The position numbers and the translations under genes were made by a program. The notes below the pieces were generated by a model, which was given only the letters and a program-made list of their open reading frames with translations, did no database searches and had not been told where the DNA came from. From Camelus ferus (taxonomy: Eukaryota): DNA of 64,000 bases. Below, one piece after another: positions 50,872-63,131 of this stretch; the stretch's first letter is position 1, and the number at the start of each line of letters is the position of its first letter. The DNA lies in contig NC_045696.1 of NCBI RefSeq assembly GCF_009834535.1, positions 71,302,001-71,366,000 on the forward strand. Direction: 5' to 3'.

Positions 50872-51059
50872 GGAAGGTGCAGCAGGAGCTGCACACAGTG
50901 CTCGGCACCTCCGGGGCGGTCCGCTACGAGGATCGAAAGCGATTGCCCTACACCCGCGCGGTTCTCCACGAGGTGCAGCGCGTAAGCAGCGTCGTGACCG
51001 TGGGCGCTGTGCGCCAGTGCGTGACCTCCACTCGTGTGCAAGGCCACCCTGTGCCCAAG
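50872..51059 (+). CDS. CYP2AB1: CYP2AB1 exon 7 (K-helix ExxR)
   Basis: gcag|KVQQELHTVLG...LPYTRAVLHEVQR...GHPVPK|gtagg, 188 nt. Confidence 0.93.
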
Positions 51060-51437
51060 GTAGGTGTCCCTATTGTGGCCTCACGCCAGCTCCTGTAGAA
51101 AGCACCCTTCACTGGGCTTCTTGCCCAGGACGGCCACCTACTACAGGTTCTGCCTGTCTGCCGGCATTCTATCAATCACCCATCCATCCATCCACCAACC
51201 CACCCATCCATCCATCTCTATCTGTGGCATTCTGGACAGAAGGCTATGATTGTAAAAGAATATTCTCATTGAGGGATACTTTTAAATGTGTGTGTTGTTC
51301 AGAAATAACCCCTGCAGACATTTTAATGCACCTCTTTTCAGTCATCTTTGTCCACATAATCACATAGTTGTGATTATGCTGAATATATAACTCTGAAACT
51401 TTCATTTCACTTAACATATCATTCTGATTCTTCTGCA

Positions 51438-51610
51438 TTACGGTTCTCAAACTTCCAGGTACATCACAATCACCTGCAGGTCTTGCTAAAACAGACATGG
51501 CTGGGCGCCATTACCAGAGTATCTGGGGTGAAGCCTGAGCATTTGCCTAACAGGTTACTGAGTGGTGCTGATGCTTTAGGTCCAGGGACCACATTTTGGA
51601 AACCACTGTT
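51438..51610. mobile_element. MER5A-like element
   Basis: ggttctcaaactt...aatcacctg...gctgatgct..ggtccagggaccaca.tttg.aaccactg. Confidence 0.7.
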
Positions 51611-53535
51611 CTACATCACTCTTAACGGCTGTGTAAAGTTCCACCAAATGGGTATATTGTAGTTCTTAATCCTTATTGATGACCATTTAGGCTAATTTGC
51701 AATATACATGCCTTAAGCATGGTCTGCATTTTGTGTTACATCCTTAGTACCTTAGTACTGATTTCTCACACCTGACAGCCCATCACTTTGGCCATATTCT
51801 GTTTGCTAGAAGGGAGTCACTTGATCCCACCCACCCTCAAGGGGAGGGGATTTCACAGGGAAAGCCGGGTGTCAAGGATCATTGGGGAGGGGCATTTTTA
51901 AGGAAATAACACATATGTGTAGGTGGCAAAGTTGCCATTTTAGTGAAACAGTCACTCATCTTGGTGCTCTCTGCATAGAGGTGGTGGCCAGAACCCCAAA
52001 ACTTTCCTCAGAAAGGGGCTTTGGTTCAGCACTGACGCTCCAACCTGTCCTTGGTGGAAGCCTCGATGGTACAAGGTGGTACACCATGAAAACGATGGGG
52101 AGAGAAGGTATAAGGGCCCAGTTTTCTTTGTCATGAGAATCTTTTTTCAACTCTTACAACCATGGTTCAGGGCAGACTTGACTGCAAGATCCGTGTCAGG
52201 ATGTGATTATTAAATTCTTATTAATTTGATCAGACTTGAGATTCCTGCCTCCAAGCATTTTTTTTTCTCATAATAACCCTATCCTTCCATGTTGTTCCTA
52301 TTCTTCTTCTTCTTCTTTTTTTTAATAGCTAGGGTAACTTTAGCTTAGCTCAAGCAAATGCCCCAAACACATGGTTAGTAACTGAGTTTCAAACATATGT
52401 CCTTCTGATTCCAGAGTTTTTGCTCTTTTTACCATACTCCCTGCCATTCATATTGCTCCATAAATGCCTCTCTAGGAAAGTAAATGAACCAGCATGATGG
52501 ATGGAGATGTTTTGCATTGTCTATTGATCTGCCAGATTGGCTGATACTGAACTGTCTGTCCTTGGCCGTATTTGGCCATCAAGTTTATAGGTTAGAAAAA
52601 ATGTCTTCTTGAATGTGAGGACAGGACCGTGTCATCAACTCATCTGGCTATTAGCCTGATGGGAGGCCCCAGGCCCTGACTGTCTAAAAGTTGTGCCAAA
52701 TTAGGTCATGTTAAAAAGGAGGTATCTAGAGTTCTGCTCTGTTTTATGCGACTTGGGATTAGAAATTTCCTAATTAATAGCCCATTCCTGCCAACTTGAT
52801 TATAGGAGTTGTCCTGTGATAAGAGCACCAGGGAACCATTAACAGCCTGGAATCAATATCGAGCTTTTCCAACTTGGGCTAGAGATGTCTCCTGAAAGTA
52901 AAATCAAAGCTTGACAGTAGATCATGAAATGTTACAGATATTCCTAAACTGTTCTTAACCATTCTATCAGTTGAGTGGTAGTGACAACAGCAAGGTCCCT
53001 AAGACAGAAGTGTCTCTGTATTAGGTTCAAGCCTGTCTCTCCTCAGACATTCTATTTGATTATAAACTCCAAACTGCCATTTACTGGGAAGAAGCTGGGA
53101 TAGGGTCCCCAAGAGGCCCCCAGCAGGCAGATGGCTCTGTAATTTGGAGGAGAGGGAGTGTTACCTTTGTTGTGTACTGGACAGGCTACAGTCTGAGCCT
53201 GTCCCATGAATGAAGATCAGTCAGTCACTTTGCAGGGAGTCCAGAACATCACTCAGAATAGAATGTAAATAATTCTGGAGGGAAGGGAGCATCTTGCCAG
53301 GAGCCTCTGCATCTGAAGGCAATTATTCAGAACTCTAATAATGCAGAGGTTACTCCATCCCAGGTGGGGAAAATGGGGAAATTCCCAGGACCATGACTAG
53401 GGAACACACAGCTCACTCAGGCAGAAGCAAGAACACGTGCCTCTCCACCTCTCTGCTTAAAACCACGAGTGACCAGGTCTGGGTGCCTACTGGTCTGGAT
53501 GGCTAGGTTCAGGCCCCTCCCTTAAGCCTTCAGTA

Positions 53536-53610
53536 GAGAAAGAAAGAAAGGAAGGAAGGAAGGAAGGAAGGAAGGAAGGAAGGAAGGAAGGAAGGAAGGA
53601 GGAAAGAAAA
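53536..53610. repeat. (GAAA)n(GGAA)n purine microsatellite in CYP2AB1 intron 7
   Basis: ~75 nt pure purine tract with ~12 GGAA units. Confidence 0.95.
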
Positions 53611-54504
53611 GTGCCCTCTGAAAGTATTTACATTGTCTGAATTTCTGTGTTCTTTATTGGCTTCTATTTGGTATGCAGGCTTCAAACTCTGCTGAGTGTT
53701 TTGTTTTTGTTTTTAATTTCAAGATGCCTTTGTCAAAACCAAGAATCCTGTAGCCAGTTCTCTAGTTCCAACAGGGGTGATAGATTGAATTCTCTGGTGT
53801 TTGGCTAATGAGCCAGGGGATATGTAGCCCCCTCAGAACCCCTGGAGCTGTGTGTCCCAGGTCCTGGGTCCAAAGTCAACCCCATCCAGGTCCACTTTGG
53901 CCTCCTGGTCACCCAGGGCTCACGTGGTAATGAGCAGAAGTCACCCACAGGAGCCTTTGGCTCCTTTCTGCTCCCATGTGATCAGTCTGATTGTCTTTCC
54001 AATCATTCACTTCTTTGAGGTAGAGTGAGCGTTAGGATTAGGGCTAGAGGGCACCCCCTCCTCTCCCTAATCCTAAAGAATGAAGCTTTCTGTTTCCTCT
54101 CCTTCTCTCTGCCTCATTACTCAGTCCTTCTCTTTGTCTGTCATTCCATTTCTCCTCTCTCTCTGTCTCTAACACACACACAGACACAGACACATCCGAC
54201 CACTGTTTGTTGTCCTGTGCAGAACTTGGTCCCCTCCAGTCATGCCCAGCAGCCACTGGTCTTCTTCATAGGAGGCAGCAGCTGTGTCTCTAGCCTGTAG
54301 GACAGAGGTGGGTGCCCCTTGGCCAGGAGACTGTAATGCCTAGCAACCTCACCGATGTGAAGGCCTGTCTGCTGAATCCCCCTGAGGCCCCATGGTGACT
54401 CTCCCCTGCATGCTGGGTGTTCTCTGAGCTCACATCAGCCCAGTGTCCGGGCTGTATGCTGGGTCAGCTGAGGCTCCCTGAGCCACACCAGCTCCTCCCT
54501 GCAG

Positions 54505-54646
54505 GGCACCATCATATTGCCCAACCTGGCCTCTGTGCTCTATGACCCTGAGTGTTGGGAGACCCCCCAACAGTTCAACCCTGGCCACTTCCTGGACAAG
54601 GATGGAAACTTCCTGGTCAATGAAGCCTTCCTACCATTCTCTGCAG
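54505..54646 (+). CDS. CYP2AB1: CYP2AB1 exon 8
   Basis: gcag|[47 protein letters not shown]|gtact, 142 nt. Confidence 0.95.
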
Positions 54647-54732
54647 GTACTGGGCGCAGCACTGGGTGAGGGTGGTGGGTGGTGGGTGTGACAGGACAGG
54701 TGCCATCCTCTGACCTTTCCTTCTGCTTCCAG

Positions 54733-54950
54733 GGCATAGGGTGTGCCTAGGGGACCAGTTGGCTCGGATGGAGCTTTCTCTGATGTTTGCCACCCTCCTC
54801 AGGACCTTTCAGTTCCAACTGCCAGAGGGGAGCCCAGGGCTCAGGCTGGATTACGTCTTTAGGGGCACTCGGCAGCCCCAGCCCCAGAAGATCTGTGCCG
54901 TGCCTCGTCTGAGCTGCCCCAACACAGGTCCTAGAGAGGAGGGCTTGTAG
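54733..54950 (+). CDS. CYP2AB1: CYP2AB1 exon 9 (heme cysteine) to stop
   Basis: ccag|HRVCLGDQLARMELSLMFATLLRTFQF...ICAVPR...EEGL-TAG. Confidence 0.94.
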
Positions 54951-55529
54951 CCAGCAGGAGTCTGGAGACTGTCTTCCACAAAGTCCTTCCTCAGTCTCTC
55001 TTGGCTCCTGCAAATTTGAAGAGCAGCTCAGCTGCCCATGGTTCCCCCTAACACAAGCTCTGACGAGTGACATTGAAGAGTAGACTTATTAAGGATTCTA
55101 CAGAGGTGTCTCAGTTTTGGTAGCTCAGTTCCTGTTAGTTATACCCTGGCAGGGAAGTATTTTATAAGATTAGTTAAGAGGTTTGACCTTGAATCATTTC
55201 ACAAGATTAATTTGAGGAGTCAAGCCTCACAGGGTAGCGGCTAAGTAGGTTCAGAAGGAGAGGCATTTGAGAAAAACTATAAATACAATGAAGAATGCAT
55301 CCAAATACTGATGCTGGCACCTGATAGCCCCAAACTGGGCAACTTATTTTCTGTCCTCTCCTGCCCTCTTCCGACCAGAGGGGAGAAGTACAGTTTCTTG
55401 CAGACATGGGAACTGATCTCCCCTACTCTCTTTAACAGGCAAAACCAGCAACCTAAGATGTCCCAAGTTTTAAAACACTGTGTCTCCAGACAAGTCTTGC
55501 TTATTAAAAAACAACTTGTATTAAGGAAA

Positions 55530-56025
55530 TTCAAGTTAAAATCAAATGAGATACCATATACACCTATTAGAATTACTAAAAACAAAGCCCTGAGAATCCC
55601 AAGTACTAGAAATCTGCACACTGCTGATGGGAATGTAAAATGGTACAACCACATGGGAAAACAGTTTGGCAATTCCTGGTACAATTAAACATGATTTCAT
55701 ACAACCCAGCTGTCTCACTCCTAGATATTTAACCAAAAGAAATGTAAATCTACGTTCACCACAAAACATAATATATGATTCCATTTCTATGATAGTCTTG
55801 AAATGGTAAAGCTATAGGACACAAAATATAAGTGGCTGGCGAGGTCCGGGAGTAGGGTTACGGGCTCACTATAAAGGGATACGAGGGAACTTTCTGGAGT
55901 GATGGAAATATTCTGTATCTTGATTGTGGTGATGGTTACAAAATTATGTGTTTGTCAAAAATCATGGAACTGTACACTTAAAAGGATGACTGTTATTGTG
56001 TATAAGTCATATCTCAATAAATCTG
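55530..56025 (+). mobile_element. Old L1M 3' fragment
   Basis: ORF2 remnants (HTADGNVKWYNH) and 3'UTR text gatggaaatattctgtatcttgattgtggtgatggttac...ctcaataaa. Confidence 0.8.
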
Positions 56026-56142
56026 ACCTCTAAGAACGAACTGTCTTACCTTTTTCCTTTGAGTTACTTAAAAGATGCACCTATGGATTGTAAATAAAAA
56101 GAACAAAGAGTGGCACTCCTCATCCTTTTCTATAAAGGGTTA

Positions 56143-56565
56143 AGTCACAATCCACTTAACAGGGGTTAGTGCAGTCACCCAGAACAGTGCAACCTGAGGG
56201 GGATTCAGGATGGAAAAAACAGGACTGAGCTTCTGTGTTTTGGATATTAGGGCCCCTAGATAGTTAAGATGCATTTCTAAGGAAGAATTTCAATGACCCA
56301 GATTCTTGCATCTTCCCATACATAGATAAGCACTAAAATCATTAACTTGAGATATCTGGTCTTTGTGATTAGCAGTAATCTTTTTATGCTTGACTACATG
56401 TATTTTCCACCAAAAAAATCATTACATACTGGCTCCTCCCCTACTCCTTTGGAGCAGTTCCTCAGGGCCACTTGAGAGGCTGTCTCCTGGGTTATAGTCC
56501 TCAGTAAGATCCCTAAAGAAAACTGAAACTCAGTGCTCTTAAGTTGTCTGTTTTTTCAGCGGACA
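56143..56565 (+). mobile_element. ERV1-like LTR
   Basis: LTR-like R/U5 text (ggagcagttcctcag...gagaggctgtctcctgggttatagtcctcagtaag) ending in gaca; a second LTR fragment follows to ~56935. Confidence 0.65.
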
Positions 56566-57894
56566 GAATAAATCAATGTTTCTGATTCATAGAACATCAG
56601 TTATCCCTATGATGAAATAAAATTCATATTTTATGGCAAGACAAGAAAAAATTTAAATGTAAAATTTTTCTTTGCCCATTTGGGCCTCCTCCCTCCCCTT
56701 TAATGTCTGTTGTGCATCTGCATGAACTAGACCTCCTTAGGGGATAACCTTCCTTCTTAATCTCATAGGGGGCCATGATGACACACAATCCACTTCGCTT
56801 AGTACATGCAGAACTGGACTGTGTAAACTGTCAATAATATGTCATTTGACGTATAACCCTTTGTTTCAAAAACTTATATAACTGTCCTTTGACCTCTAAC
56901 AGCTGGGATAGTCCTCAGAGCTTTCTGACTTTCAGGTTGGCTGGAGAGCTATTATGTACTGAGTGCCAACAATGTACACCTGAGTGCCTGACACATACAA
57001 AGTCATTTAATCATCAAAACAACAAGGTAGAAATTATCTAAATTTATAGAAATAGGAATCAAAGTGTCAGAATACCAGTAAGCCTCAGTTTTCTCACCTG
57101 CAAAGTGGGGATAATAATGCTAACTCATTTGGTTGATATTAAGATTAAATTAAATGTGATCATGCATGCAAAATACCCATCAGAGTACCTGGGACATAAT
57201 TAGTGCACAATAAATGGCAAGTAATAATAAATACTCCTGTGCCTGGATGATAGGCAGCAACCCCCCCCCCCACCACCACCACAGATCCTTCCTGCTCATC
57301 CTGAACCCTGGCTGCCCTCTAAGGACTCTGCTTCTCCTACAGCTTTTGAGTGGAAGCTGCTTGTTCTCCCTGTGTCAGTTCAGGCTGTGACCAGAAACAG
57401 CATCCTCACTCAAACTGACCGATGAGGAGAGCTTAATAACAGAACATAGAAGCCAACCCATGTGGAACACGGAGGAAGGGAGTAGGTGGAGTAAGTGTCT
57501 TTCTCCTCTCATGCTCCAGTCTTCTGTTGGTGACTGCAATTGCCTGAGTCCAGCTAAAGCCAGAGGGCAGGGGAGCCCTTGGATGTGGTCCATGAAGGTC
57601 AGTCTCGAGGGGCCTGGGGCAGCAGACAAGAGTGATCTGGAGAGGCAGACAGAGAACATCCAGCACATCCCAAAGCTCAGATTCCTTGGGTTCTGGACCA
57701 CATCCTCCTCATGCCCTAATGATCCTTTCAGACTACTTGTCCGCAGACCCCCTGGACATGTATTTTTCCTCTGTTGACACTCTGCCCTCTATCTCTAGCT
57801 CTGCTTCAAGACTGTTAACCTTCCAGTCACTGCCTCTCTTTCAATGACGTCTCAGGATTTCACTCCAAGTCCTGCTGTCATCCTGGTGACCCCA

Positions 57895-58210
57895 ATGTGA
57901 TGGTATTTTGAGGTAGAGCATTTGGGAGATAATTAGGTATAAATGAGGTCATGAGGGTAGAGTCCCCATGATGGAATTAGTGCCCTTATAAGAAGAGACA
58001 CCAGAGAGCTTGCTGTCCCTCTCAGCTGTGTGAGGACAAAGCAGGAAGTCAGCCATCTGCAACCAGAAAGACAGCTTTCATCATAACTTGATCATGCTGG
58101 TGCCTTGATCTCAGAGTTCCAGCCTCCAGAACTCTGAGAAGTAAATTTTTGTTGTTTAAGCCACTCAGTTTATAGTATTTTCTTATGGCTGCCCATGTAG
58201 ACTAAGATGC
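57895..58210 (+). mobile_element. MLT1A-like MaLR LTR
   Basis: atgaggtcatgagggt..agtgcccttataagaagagac...ttccagcctccagaact.tgaga...tgttgtttaagccac...gactaaga. Confidence 0.8.
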
Positions 58211-58289
58211 AAGGCTATAAACAAATCTGCTCCTTTGCTTTGGAGGAAAATGCCTTTATCTCAAGGTTGTTTACTTGCTTACTGCCTAC

Positions 58290-58694
58290 TATTAAAAACA
58301 AGCAAAATTCAACTGAGTAAATTTGAAGATATCAATTAGATCTTTATTTAATGGATTGTGAATCAGGCAGCATCCCATCTTAGCAGCTAGGAAGGAGTGT
58401 TCAGTAGCTGTACAAAGTGGAAGGTTTTTATAGGCAGAAGGAGGAGGAAAAAGGAAGTTTCTAGCAAAGGAGTGGATTGTTTCAGGCAAGGTCACCTTCA
58501 TTTGGGGGAAGGTATGGGGCTGTCAGGCAGCTTACCTGACTAGTACTGACCAGGTAATTCCAGATTCACTGGTTAAAGGTCACATTTCCTGGGAAAGGCT
58601 GAAACTGCAATTAGGGTAGGTATTAAGTCTTGTTTTGCTGACGTGGGCCTAGCACAATTGACTCCATTTTGGCCCTCTTGTTTCTTTCCTAACA
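58290..58694 (-). mobile_element. ERV-like LTR
   Basis: Minus-strand TATAAAA and AATAAA; ends ...taaca on + strand; left boundary approximate. Confidence 0.6.
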
Positions 58695-59424
58695 CTGTTA
58701 AAGTGGTGGATACCCCAAGCTCAGTGTTCTTCAGCTGAGATGCAGATCCACTGCATGGTCAGTATCCATCTAGCCCATGGCATTGCCTCTGGAGGACTTG
58801 GAGAACAAAGGGAGCCCCTGCAAACATGATGCATGTGATGCTTCTTGTGCTGTGGGTAATGAAGACTTTTGTCTCTAACCCAGGAGTCTCCTATTTTCTG
58901 CCAGCTTTCAAACTTATTAGCTTGCAAATAGGGTAAAATCAAATCCCAGAACAGACACTTATGACAAAGCCAAAGTTAATATATTTTAGTTTCTCCAAGA
59001 AGTCATGCCCTGGAAGACATCACAAATGCTATGCTCTCTACCTAGAACATTTTGGCCCTTCTCTTCTCCTGGTAACCTCCATCATTTTCTCTGGGAAGCC
59101 TTTCCCCTTACCTCCCATTCCTTATCCCTTGTCTGCATTATTTCTCCTCCTCTAAACCCCCAGAGAGCCTTCAGCTTCTCCCAGTGTTTTGTAATTGCCT
59201 TAGTTTACTTGGGCCATCCTCCTCCAGTAGGATAGGATCTCTGTGAGGTCAGAGATAGTGTCTTTTAAAATACATCCCAGATCTAGTACATTGCCTGGCA
59301 TACTGCAGGTGCTTATTAAGTATTTATGGAATGAATACAGTGCTGTTATAGTGATTTAAATAAAGCAGTATAAAAACACAGATGAAGGTCATCTAAATCA
59401 GAGTGAAGGTCTAAGAGGAAGGCC

Positions 59425-60480
59425 TTAAAGGAAACCAAAATATTTCACCTCAAATATGCCTCTTTGACATAAAAGTTGTTTTGAGCTGAAGGCAACAATA
59501 AATGAAGATAAAGCTCCCCCTTTTCTTTCTAAAGGCAGGAAACAAGTGTTTCCTTTCATGGAGACAGACTTTTACCAGCCCAGAGAGTAGAGATCAGTGT
59601 GGAAGGAAAATCAAAATGGAGTCAGTATTGCTAAGAGAGCTCTTTAAAATGAAGCAGAGAGGTCATTGAAGAAGTGTGATATGTGCATCTCTGGATGGAA
59701 TCTGATCTTTTTCTGCATTTATTGCTTCTTAACTGCCTTCAGCTCTGGATGCTTTGTCTTAACACCACCATCCAGAACATCTGCCCCAGTGTTCCAGAAA
59801 CTCAAGATAATTATCCAACTCTTACCGTAAAATAACTCATGGAAGAGCTCATCTACTTATTGGACCCTTATCCTAAAATAACTGGTGAGTGCCTATCCTT
59901 TAAGGACAAATATTTCCTTTCTTGCCTTTGGGTCAATCATAATTCCTGAACAACCAAGGCTTTTGCCTTTATAAGCCTCTGAATCTTTCTGTTCCCTGAA
60001 CACTTTTTTGGTTTTATATAAATTTGTGTCTCCCAAATTGCAGTTTTTAAGAACCCAAATAAAGCTCTTTGTTTTTTGTAGCCTCAGTACTATTACTTGT
60101 TATTAATAATTATTAATTAATCATTAATATTATTCGACAAGAGGCACCGGTGCAATCTGCAAACCAATCTTGTTAACCTAACCCTTATCTTCCTACTTAA
60201 GTAGGAAGATAAGGACCACCTTGTCCTCTTTGGACTACCCTTAGCCTAAGCCCCACTGTCTTGTCAATTCTTCACAAATTCTATTTTCTTTGTCAAAAAC
60301 GTATAAAACTTCCTGTTCTGTCACTTGTTTGGACTTCATTCTCTCGAGAAGACTCCCATGTACATGTATTACTTCAATAAAATTTGGGTGCTTTTCTCCT
60401 GTTATTTCGTCTTTGTCAGTTTAAATTTCAGACCTAGCCAGCGACCCTAAGGGAATGGAGGAGAAGTTTTTCCTCTCCAA
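59425..60480 (+). mobile_element. MER34-like LTR with a second LTR nested at ~59588..60139
   Basis: aaggaaaccaaaatatttcacc.caaatatg start; two separate TATA+AATAAA modules; AGAG duplicated around the inner element. Confidence 0.65.
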
Positions 60481-61019
60481 TAGCCTCCTGGAAGAGGTGA
60501 CAATAAGGTTGGTTTGAAGGACAAATTGGTTAGGTAGGGAGAGAAGGGAAAGGTGTTTCAGGCAGTCAGGATGGTGTAAGAACTGGGGAGAAGTAAGGAC
60601 TGGCAAAATAGTGCCTTTCAGAAACTGTGGATAATTCAGCATGGGAGTTGGGATCAGAGGGTGGAGTGGCAGGAAATAAAGCTGACTGCCAAGTAGGCAA
60701 CAGCTGAATCTTGATGTTTGAATTTTATCTAGAATCCAGACTTTCAAGTCAGGCTTGAACTTTCTTTTAAAGCTATGAGGCACATCCTCTTCAGTGTATC
60801 ATAATTTGAAATAGTGAGATGTAGAAAAGAGAGTAGTAATTTAAAACTTGGGTGGCAACATTGGCTCCTCCACTCATTTCTCTCTAAGTTTCTGAGCCAC
60901 TGTAAAACAGTGATATCTACTTTGTATTTTGCGAGGATTAAATGCAATAATTTAGGTAAAGTGCCTGGTACACGGCATCACTCAATGAATACTAGTTTTC
61001 CCTCCTCTTTTTCCTCTAT

Positions 61020-61720
61020 GTCTCGTCCACGTCGGGTGGAGGTCGTGAGCTCGCCCACGCCCCTCCCGTGTCCAGGTTGGACAGGCCGGGGGAGAACCGC
61101 TGGTTCTTGTGCCTCCGGTTGGTAGCACCTGGACTGGGCCTCACGGGGGCGCTCTAGGCTGCTCTTCGGTGCTCTATGGTTCTTCCTTCGCCCCGGAAGT
61201 GGTTCTTGGCCGGGGTTAGTAAGGTCGGGCCATGGTTGGGCCGAGGTTGGGAAGATGGCGTGGCGAGGCTGGGCGCAGAGAGGTTGGGGCTGCGGCCAGG
61301 CATGGGCTCAGCCGGCGGGCAGCCACAGCTGCGAGGAGCTCACTGCGGCTCTGGCCCCGCCGAGGCTGCTGGGGCGCAGGTAATGACCACGGCTCCGGGC
61401 TTCTTGCTTTCCGTGCCCTCGGCTCCGGCCGCGCATCCTAAGGGGCGGAGGTTGTGCGGGCCTCCCGTGCTGTCCCCAGCTCTCCCTCTCTCCACACCCA
61501 TCCCATCTCTCTCCCTCCGTCCCCCTTTCCCCTCACCTCCGTCCAGTCCTCTCTTTTCGCCGCGCCACCCTGCCCTGGGTGCATAGTGACCAGCCCTGGC
61601 CAGCTCTCCGTGAGCCCGCGCTGGCCCCTCTCCCTTTGGGAGGGACCGTCCGGAAAGGAGAACTTATCTGAGAGCTAATTACACACCACGCCTCATAATC
61701 CCGCGAGCGAGTGTAACAGC
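61020..61720. promoter_or_regulatory. PARL: CpG island / PARL promoter
   Basis: High GC and CpG density; ETS/GABP motif CCGGAAGTG 61193..61201; YY1-type AAGATGGCG 61252..61260; no obvious TATA. Confidence 0.85.
61255..61379 (+). CDS. PARL: PARL (presenilin-associated rhomboid-like mitochondrial protease) exon 1; gene continues beyond the window
   Basis: MAWRGWAQRGWGCGQAWAQPAGSHSCEELTAALAPPRLLGR(R)|gtaatg matches the PARL N-terminal targeting sequence; synteny with ABCC5. Confidence 0.95.
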
Positions 61721-63039
61721 CCAGCTAGTAGTATGGCAGGGCTGAGATTTTATTCTCTGTCAGTCTATAAAACCTTTGTTTTGTAACAAGTCATCTCCTT
61801 TAGCGTTTAGAGAACCTCATAAAGGAAGACGGAGTCAGAGGCGGGCTTTACCTCTTGCAAAGTTGTAGGAGAGGCTTTTCTGTTAAAGAGTTGAGACAGT
61901 GGAGTATTTGCTTTCCAGATAGCTTGGAAAGAAAACTACTCGACTCTTCCCGAGTAGAAACTGTGAAGAGTATGGTCTATCCGTATTTGCTGCTTTTGCA
62001 TTAGAATAATTCAACTCTAAATTGAGAGAAGAGAGAAATCCCTAAACTAACATTCTAATGTGTGTTTGGCTCTGAATTTTCTTCCTGTTCTTTGATTGAG
62101 AGTTTCAGCTTTCCCAGTTTCTGACTTGGTTGGTAAGTGCCTGGAATCCACATGATTGATGGTAGCAAGGAAAATGAAGTGTTTATCAGCACGCGCGCTA
62201 GGCAGTGGAAAATAATTGAGGCTCCAATATGGCGGAGTCATTGCTTTATTTAAAAATCACCTGGAGTATTGGTAGACTGTTATTTCGCAGGCCCTTCCCC
62301 TATCCTGTAAGAAGGAGAGGGTGGGGAAGAGTGGAAGAACCTGTAGTTATAAACATGCACCGAAGTGAGTAGATCAGGGATTTGTGGAAAACTGGCTTAC
62401 ATTGTACCTTAACTTCATAATCCACTGAAACATGCAGCCTCAGGCACTCATCTTAAACTCCCGAGGAGATGGAGAATGAAGAGGTGGGGTAGTGGTGGTG
62501 GTACATTTTAGTGGTCCTGATTACCATTCTTTACTACAAATCCCAGTCGAAATTGCATGGGGAAGAAAAGTGAATATGGGTATAAGGAAAAAACACGTGT
62601 TAAATACTAAAGCTATGTTAGGAAGGGAAAGGAAAACAACCTAATTAATGAGGTATCTTGGTAAAAATTGGAGACCATTTGAAAAAACTGAAATACATAT
62701 GATATTGAAGATTGGCATCAAAATTTTTTAAAGTTTGTCATTTATATGTGAAGTTTGAAATGGATATTTTTGTGGTGGCATTTAAAAATACGCCATTGTA
62801 GGTAAGCCTGAAAAATAATGTATACGTACTGTCTCTGGAAATAAGCATGAATTTCCTTATATACAACTTTATTAGGTCTGCTGTCATTTCTAGTGGTCCT
62901 AAAACTAGTATGCAGAGAAATGAAGTCAGGGATATGGTTAAAAAGCAGAGGTCTAGGCTCAGTCTTTGTGATTTTGGTGAAATAGGCCTGAAGTGTGGCT
63001 GGGAATTTGCTTTTTTTTTTAAACATTTAAAAATTAAAA

Positions 63040-63131
63040 AAAATTTTTGTTAATGGAGTTGCTGGGGATTGAACTCAGGACCTCATGCATACTGAGCATG
63101 CTCTCTACCACTAAGCTGTACCCCACCTCCC
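63040..63131 (-). mobile_element. tRNA-derived SINE in PARL intron 1
   Basis: ggggattgaactcaggacctcatgcatactgagcatgctctctaccactaagct. Confidence 0.85.

Larger units (their letters stand above)
45831..54950 (+). other. CYP2AB1: Cytochrome P450 2AB1 gene, 9 exons, 502 codons; possibly inactivated by exon 6 acceptor loss
   Basis: CYP2-type exon sizes 171/163/150/161/174/142/188/142/218. Motifs PPGP, WxxxR, GGTDTT, EVQR, FNPGHF, FSAGHRVCLG. Lies between ABCC5 and PARL like mouse Cyp2ab1 and human CYP2AB1P. Confidence 0.92.

Noticed and set aside
50813..51367. 184-aa Arg/Ala-rich ORF
   Set aside because: Alternate frame of CpG-rich CYP2AB1 exon 7 running into (CCAT)n repeats.
55311..55688. 125-aa ORF after CYP2AB1
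   Set aside because: Its 3' half is a degenerate L1 ORF2 remnant.
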